In this document: positions 31,483-37,760 of the stretch, piece by piece
How positions within the stretch are numbered: position 1 is the stretch's first letter
How the letters are laid out: each line of letters opens with the position of its first letter
Source of the DNA: Curvularia clavata
Lineage: Eukaryota
Direction of reading: 5' to 3'
Length of the DNA stretch: 37,760 nucleotides
Assembly: GCA_023920165.1 (NCBI GenBank)
Contig: CP089276.1
Location: 4,712,001-4,749,760, forward strand
Notes under the pieces: generated by a model
The model's database searches: none
Seen by the model: only the letters and a program-made list of their open reading frames with translations
Told to the model about the DNA's origin: nothing
Translations under genes and position numbers: made by a program

Positions 31483-32259
31483 ATGTCTGGAAACAGCATT
31501 CTTGTCTTTGGGGCTACAGGGCCTGCAGGCATCTGCCTCCTCCGCGAGCTTCTATATCGAAAACACCAGACGATAGCCTTCGTACGGTCGCCATCCAAGA
31601 TTCCGCAAGATCTAGTATCAAACTCTTTCCTCGAAGTAAGCATATTTATCTTGCTTTTTTCTATCTAATTATGGCGTGGCGAATCTCTGACCAGAAATGG
31701 TGATAAATAGCTGGTCAAAGGCGACATCACCGACAAGACAGCCCTCTCCAAGGCCGTCGCCAGCAGCAAGGCCATTATTTCGCTACTTGGTCCTAACACC
31801 CGCACCGTCCCTAACTCGAACATTTACGCGAACTTCTATGAGATCGTACTTGGCTTGATGCGTGCACATGGCGTGTCGCGCATTTTAGCCATGGGAACGA
31901 TCAGCTCGTACACGCCAGACGACAGGTTTAGTGTTATGCGAGGCATGGTTGTCAATATGTTGCGCGTGGTTGCGAACTCGTCTTACCGGTCGACACTCGC
32001 TATCGGCGACAAGTTCCAAGCTGTTGGAGGAGAAATCGAGTGGACTGTCTTCCGCATCTTCACTGTCGTAGGCGAGTCGGACGAAGCCGCCTGGAAGGCT
32101 AGCCGCGATGCCAAGGTCTTCGCAGGATATGTCGGCCACCCGGGCTCGGGTACCTCGATAAAGAGAGGTACACTGGCGCGCTGGCTCGTGGACGGCGTGG
32201 AGCAGGGCATGGGCGAGTGGGTGCGGGCTCTGCCATTAGTGACAGAGTATAAAGAATAG
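31483..32259 (+). CDS. Atypical SDR / NAD(P)H-binding (flavin-reductase-like) protein; exons 31483-31635 and 31711-32259 (about 233 aa)
   Basis: ILVFGATGPAG, VRSPSKIP and IEWTVFR motifs, with a 75-bp GTAAGC...TAG phase-0 intron. Confidence 0.88.
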
Positions 32260-32639
32260 TACTTGTTTTTTCCATTCATTCTATAGCATTAAGGGAGCGC
32301 TTAGGACGGTCTTAGGAAGGGATATGTCGAAATTTTGGAGGCCTAGGTGATATCTAGTGTAGAGTTTTTGCGACATGGTTTAGACTAGAAACAGTGAAGA
32401 AGTAAATATCATTTCTATAGTTCGAGACACTGTTAGTTTATAACGCACACCTAGTTAGATGCTAGATTACATGATGTGTAATGACTGATTATAGATAGTG
32501 ACGAGTGATTATATTACATAATTTAGTACCTAACTAGGTGTATATTAACGTACCCCACTGTTATAGGCGGATAGGCCTAGCGAACGAGTATACTTCTACC
32601 CATCGTATAGAAGCTAAAAGATAAAAAAAAGAGAAAACA

Positions 32640-32769
32640 ACTAAGTATAAACTTCTCTTATACTTACTCGCTTCTAATCACGTATTTATATAAAAGATAA
32701 TTACGTAACTATTCTTATAATAGATTTAGTTTATCTATTTTACTAAAATTAACTTTAATAACTTCTTTC
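32640..32769 (+). repeat. RIP-mutated fragment of a B-family LTR
   Basis: Approximate reverse complement of 33180-33290; the left boundary is uncertain. Confidence 0.55.
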
Positions 32770-33066
32770 TGTAACGGCGCAGGGGCGAGTCGGATCTGTC
32801 TCGGACGTAGGATCACTCAGAGGCATATGGGAGTGCGTGGGATCTCAAATGGCCTAAATTCAACAAGCTACCTATAGGCCTAGTATGAAAGAATATTAGA
32901 AAACTACTCTATAGCTATAGCTACTCTACTTATATTTATACTCGGACGGTGCCCTGCACCAGCCCGGTATTAATCTAGGCCCAAGTCGGACATGGATCTA
33001 AATCTGTATCTAGGACTAATCTGCTGAGGTCTAAGTCTTCTACTGGGGGCAGGTACTGGTTCTGTT
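32770..33066 (-). repeat. Truncated LTR of an A-related family
   Basis: Near copy of about 34428-34724, cut off by the LTR at 33067. Confidence 0.88.
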
Positions 33067-33553
33067 TGTTACACGGGGTCTACACGGGGTAGAGGAATAC
33101 TTGCCTAGTCTCGGTCTGGGTTAGGGCGAGACGGTGTGTCGAAGTAAACCGTGCGGTAGTTGTCTAGCGATTCCGGTAGAAAGAAGTTATTAGAGTTAAC
33201 TTTAGTAAGATAGACAAATTAATTCTATTATAAAGATAGAATAACTAAGTATTAATCTATATAAGAGAAGAACTTATAAGAAGTTAACTACAACAAATGT
33301 AATAATAAGACCTAATATATTCTTATACCTATTGCTTCCTATCCTGCTATCCCGTCTATCCTATCTTGGCGGGATAGTTGTGATAGCATTGCTATCCCAT
33401 GCTGCACTGCCACCCCGGATAGCCAGCCTTGGCGGGATGGCATATCACGTGACCTCTGCCCCGCGGAGGTCCTTACCCATTGACGTGGTCGCCCGATGGT
33501 CTCCTACCATGCGGCCTTTGTCAGGAGAAATCCTTTCTTTGTTACCTGTAACA
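33067..33553 (-). mobile_element. B-related LTR (third subfamily, 487 bp) with non-matching flanks
   Basis: TGTTACACGGGGTC...TGTAACA with ends similar to the B LTR. Flanks are CTGTT and TAGAG. Confidence 0.85.
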
Positions 33554-33687
33554 TAGAGACGACCTATAGTAGTTCCTTAGAATTAAGGTAATTAGAAATC
33601 GACCTAAATAATTGATCCACCTTTCTTAATTAGCATACTGCGAAAAGATTAACCGACTAGTCGACGATTAGATAATACGATACGATA

Positions 33688-33881
33688 TGTCACGGCGTGG
33701 CCGTGAGAGACCTGCTGGGGACGTACGCACGGACTGGTAATGGACCGTGCCCGTGGTACGTGCCCTAATACGTGTACTTAAGATTCTGTTCTGTTGTCTA
33801 TACGTAGCTCTTTGAGCTACGTTTTGTAATCTAACTGATACCTACTGTTCCGCACCCACTGCACGAGTCCGTCCCCTGACA
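33688..33881. mobile_element. Solo LTR (194 bp)
   Basis: TGTCA...TGACA with TSD CGATA. Confidence 0.85.
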
Positions 33882-34427
33882 CGATACGCCGATAGCAACT
33901 AGCGAGCTTATACCAAAAGAAGGGCTAGCTACACCGTCTAAGATCAATCGATACTAGCGGAAGGTTGGCTCTCTTCTCTACGCCGCTATCAATACACGGC
34001 CGGATATCGCCTTTGCGACGTCGAGACTTGCCAGATTTCTCTCTAACCCTAGTTAGGATTACTAATAAGCCGCGGATCGAGTATTATTTTACTTCTCTAA
34101 AATTAAATAGCTAATATTACGATCAAATAGGGGTATTTCTATAGAGATTGCTAATATCGTATCTTTTATAAATAATACTTTATATTACAAAAGCTTCTAA
34201 GGCTACGGGATTAAACTTTTCGACGGACTAATCGCCTAGCGATCTAATAAGTAGGACACGGTTACGACGTTAAAAACTAAAACCGAGCTTCTAGTACTAT
34301 TATAAGTAGCTAAAGAAGCTAATTTTACGTTAAGATTAATTAAAGAGCTTAAGATTGACTTACTAGATTAGATCGAAATTTAGTGTAACAATTAATAAAC
34401 AATCTAGTTAGTTACGTAGGAGATATT

Positions 34428-34760
34428 TGTAACGGCGCAGGGGCGAGTCGGATCTGTCTCGGACGTAGGATCACTCAGAGGCATATGGGAGTGCGTGGGA
34501 TCTTAAATGGCCTAGATTTAATAAGCTACCTATAGGCCTGGTACGAAAGGATATTAGAAAACTACTCTATAGCTATAGCTACCCTACTTGTATTTATACT
34601 CGGACGGTGCCCTGCACCGGTCCGGCATTGATCCGGATCCGAGTCGGACAAGGATCTGAATCTATGTTTAGAACTGATCTGCTAAGGTCTGAGTCTTCCG
34701 CTGGGGGCAGGTACCGGTTCTGTTCCGGGGCTTCCCCGGGTCCGATACCACGCCGTTACA
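34428..34760 (-). mobile_element. Solo LTR of an A-related family (333 bp)
   Basis: TGTAACGGCG...CGCCGTTACA with TSD ATATT/ATACT (one transition). Confidence 0.88.
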
Positions 34761-34830
34761 ATACTAAGACTTTAGACTAAGCTTTAATACGTAGATATCT
34801 ATAACTACTAGCTAAGATAAGAAGTCGCTA

Positions 34831-36685
34831 ACGTGACGGATAAGCGAGTCGGTCAGGCAAGCGAGTCGGTCACCTCACTAACTTTGCGCACCTCTACAAG
34901 CGTATAGCTCTACTATATTATATTGGTTTTGATAGATATTAACGCAATGGATTAATTGCTATCTAGAGTATCTTTCTTGCATGTACGCGAGTTATAGCCA
35001 GTCTCTCTGCATCTACTACAGCGCATTATAGCCCGGCGGCTGACACCTGATCGCTCTCCTCCCTGACGCTTTTTATGAGCAATCTGCTCATCAGCATCGC
35101 GTTGAGCTATAATATCCTCGCTAGCTCCCTTCGTAAGCACTCCTTGCTTCTGTATCCGCTTTCTTTTACGCTCCCTACACTTTGACGCTGCCTTATTAGC
35201 TCTCTCAAGATTGGCGATCCGCTCGCGTATCAGCTCAGCTAAGAGCATCATTATCTCTACCCCCTTCTTAAGCTAGCTAATCGCCGCAATAATCGACGCT
35301 AGTAATGAGCTTCTATGCCGTCGAACACGATTACTTATTAGCGTTGATTGAGCTTCAAGCTCGCGTACGTTGCCTGGCGTACAGGCCTGCCAGAGAGCTT
35401 CTGCGAGCGCAGCTAGAGGAGTGGGCGTACATAGCTGCACGTCAAGCTTTGATAGAACAGTGTCTAGCTAGAGAGGAATAAGGCCTGCACTTCGAAAAGC
35501 TAAATAGATATTGGCTAACGTAAACGATTGATTAAAGGCTGCCTTAAATGCTAGTAGAAACTCGAGCTTAGTGATATAGTTGATGTGGTTACGTATCAGG
35601 CTCTCCACCTCACGGCTATACGCGCGCTTCAATAGCGAGAAGCAGCCAACGTCAAGAGGCTAGAGTAGGTGAGACGAGTGAGGCGGCATACAGAGCGTGT
35701 AGATATTGTTCTCCTTACAGAGCTCTTGGAACTCAAGTAACTGGTGGCTCTCATAGCTATCAAGAATAAGTAGCCGGCGTGCCCTAACAACCTTGCTATC
35801 TATATGCTTAATAAAGTGCTTTAGCCACTCAACTCCTAGCTCGTTGGTCGTCCAGCCGTTATCGCTAACTACGATCGCCTAGTCGCGTAGGATCTCTGCC
35901 TCCTCGTACTAGGCAGATAGACGATACTTGCTAGTAAAGATAAGGAATAGTAGAATAGACCAGCCAGCTACATTGATCCCAGCGATAAACGTTACCCACT
36001 CTCGGCTACCTGGCTGGACAGCCTTTGGCCGGCCTCGTCTCTCTAAAGCTGTAACGATAAGCTGAGTAGTAATCTTGCCTATTAAAAAGCCAGCTTCGTT
36101 AAAGTTGTAGACGTCCTCGTTATAGATGCCGTACTTAGCCTTTATCTACTCTACAAGCTCAAACTAGCTCTTAATTAAGACTAGATCTTTATATAGAGCT
36201 CTCTGCCTATCGTACGCTCGATTAAAACGCGTCGTAAGACTGTCAGTACGCTTAACAAAGTTGGCTGGCCACTTTTGCCCAACCTGGCCAGCGCCGCGCG
36301 CAGCTAGCAGCTTATCAGCCATATCGCGTACAGCAGCGTACGTGGGCGCAAATCCACGTGAATCAAGATTAAGTATATAATCAACTATTACCTCCTCTTC
36401 TAGCTTAGTTAGCTTCTTTAAGTTGGGCTGGCAATCGCGTCGCGCGCGCTTCCCAGCGCGTCGGTCAATTAGCGTTAATTTTGGAATATTAAAAGCTATA
36501 GCAGCGCGTTAGGTACTCTAGATTTAGTTTCTATCTAAAGAAGAGAGAGCAAGCTGAATATCTGCCTCGTAAGAGATTGACTGAGAAGCGTGGCTTGGGG
36601 GCATTGTACGCAAAGGTGTGGTGGGTAATTGAAGTTGGTGGGGTGACCGACTCGCTTGCCTGACCGACTCGCTTATCCGTCACGT
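34831..36685 (-). mobile_element. Fot1/pogo DNA transposon, copy 3 (1855 bp); transposase pseudogene at 36604-34952
   Basis: Perfect 44-bp TIRs, TA duplication, RIP-type stops, and a C-terminal CSRCRETGYNSRTC knuckle remnant. Confidence 0.93.
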
Positions 36686-36933
36686 TAGTAGATAAATTAA
36701 TATTACTTAGTTATACTTAATTATTAGAAATAATAGCAGACAAACTTACTAAAGCTCTGTTAGTAAACTTATAGTAGCGATTTCTAAATTAACTAAGACT
36801 AAAAGAGAGTAGGACTTAAAAAGTAACCTAAGAAGTAGCTCTACTCGAAATCTAGAATTAAATTAATCGTCTAGCGATCTAACTAACTAATAGTTTAGCT
36901 TATAATTCTAATTAGCTTTAAGCTAAAAAGGTG

Positions 36934-37194
36934 TGTCAGATAAGTAATAGAATTCGGGTGTGATCGAGCACCCGGATTCTGAGATCCGGGCCGATCAGAA
37001 CCGAGTGCCAAGGCCTACCTTTAGGCAAGGCTAATACTCAGCCGCCTACCTGAGACAAAAAGCAATAGTTAGCAACTGCGCTCATAAGGCGGCGCGCCTG
37101 CGCGCCGCTGGAGCGGAACAAGATTAAGAGCAATTAATACAATCAATTATCCATCCATTATTCTACCGTCTTTGATAACCCTTACAATCTGACA
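36934..37194 (+). repeat. 3' LTR of the copia relic (261 bp)
   Basis: TGTCAGA...TCTGACA directly after the RNase H remnant and purine tract. Confidence 0.88.
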
Positions 37195-37276
37195 CTCAGT
37201 TAGCTAACCCAGCCCTACATCTACCCAACTCTTGGCAGCCCTACCCCAGCCCTACCCTGACCCATTTACCAGTCTA
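37195..37276. mobile_element. Right end of another member of the hAT family, into which the copia element probably inserted
   Basis: Ends ACCCATTTACCAGTCTA, compared with ACCCGATTTACCAGTCTA at 12880. Three subterminal CAGCCCTAC repeats. Confidence 0.7.
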
Positions 37277-37432
37277 CTATGGACATAATCTTGCCAGTGA
37301 AACCGAGCGCTTGTGCCTTTTAGCTATATAAACCCCAATATTGGTTGCAGCTGCAAATCTTTTAATTAAAGCAGGTAGTTGTTCAATCTGTTCATGCTAA
37401 GACTTTCTTGAAAATGTCTTCTTCGGCCGCTT

Positions 37433-37584
37433 TAGACTGGTAAACGGGTATTGACCCACTTTTCTTCTTTCATCAATATCTCATCAAAGACTAGTCCAAA
37501 TCGAGTAATTCTGACGTCATTTTAATGCCCTAAGCTAGCGCATTCTATCATGTAATATAAAGCTAAGCCGTATCTAGCTTAGTT
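37433..37584. mobile_element. Left 152 bp of the hAT MITE, truncated by the telomere
   Basis: Matches 12490-12641 with one G>A difference. Confidence 0.95.
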
Positions 37585-37703
37585 AGGGTAGGGTTAGGGT
37601 TAGGGTTAGGGTTAGGGTTAGGGTTAGGGTTAGGGTTAGGGTTAGGGTTAGGGTTAGGGTTAGGGTTAGGGTTAGGGTTAGGGTTAGGGTTAGGGTTAGG
37701 GTT
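37583..37703 (+). repeat. Telomere, about 20 TTAGGG repeats
   Basis: Direct tandem array; the second unit is TAGGG. Confidence 0.98.
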
Positions 37704-37760
37704 AGGTGCTGTCACACGAGTATGGAAGTCGTTCTTTAACCTTAGCAATACGTAACTGAA
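37704..37760. other. Sequencing artefact: Oxford Nanopore native barcode (probably NB13) plus adapter
   Basis: AGGTGCTG + 24-nt TCACACGAGTATGGAAGTCGTTCT + TTAACCTT + AGCAATACGTAACTGAA matches my recollection of the native-barcode flanks and ligation adapter. Confidence 0.92.

Larger units (their letters stand above)
33554..37194 (+). mobile_element. RIP-mutated 3' part of a Ty1/copia element (RT C-terminus, RNase H, 3' LTR) with three nested insertions
   Basis: [24 protein letters not shown] near 33980-34050, GYGIKLFDGLIA near 34201, IADKLTKAL near 36735, then a purine tract and the LTR. Confidence 0.87.

Noticed and set aside
34952..35251. 99-aa ORF as an independent gene
   Set aside because: It is the C-terminal fragment of the RIP-inactivated Fot1 transposase.
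37563..37748. ORF with a PNPNPN repeat
   Set aside because: It is the translation of the telomere C-strand plus adapter.
37704..37760. Sequence beyond the array read as an interstitial telomere or telomere-inserting retroelement
   Set aside because: It is explained by the Nanopore barcode and adapter.
22640..37760. Starship or composite transposon carrying the gene cluster
   Set aside because: No tyrosine recombinase gene and no matching termini or TSD around the cluster or the 188-bp repeats are visible.

Overview
Right-hand end of a filamentous ascomycete chromosome, ending in about 20 TTAGGG repeats followed by what I recognise as an untrimmed Oxford Nanopore native barcode and adapter. 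Bases 1-22.6 kb are a nest of transposons: an old RIP-mutated Ty3/gypsy element carries Fot1/pogo DNA transposons, a hAT-type MITE, several solo LTRs and two intact chromoviruses with identical LTRs (A, 3769-10964 +; B, 13385-20802 -). A degenerate interstitial telomere tract at 22817 separates this nest from a five-gene cluster at 23.5-32.3 kb (secreted SnoaL-like protein, Zn2Cys6 transcription factor, DOPA 4,5-dioxygenase-family enzyme, NmrA-like reductase, NAD(P)-binding reductase), whose promoters share a 188-bp inverted duplication and a CCGCGCGC motif. A second RIP-mutated nest (copia relic, Fot1, solo LTRs) follows, and the telomere sits directly on a truncated hAT MITE. The most unusual signal is that both intact retrotransposons carry an extra antisense gene at the 3' end of pol encoding a Cys-cluster plus coiled-coil protein: a complete Zn(II)2Cys6 pattern in B, and a spliced gene with a half-degenerate pattern in A. 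All alignments were done by eye and no database searches were run.
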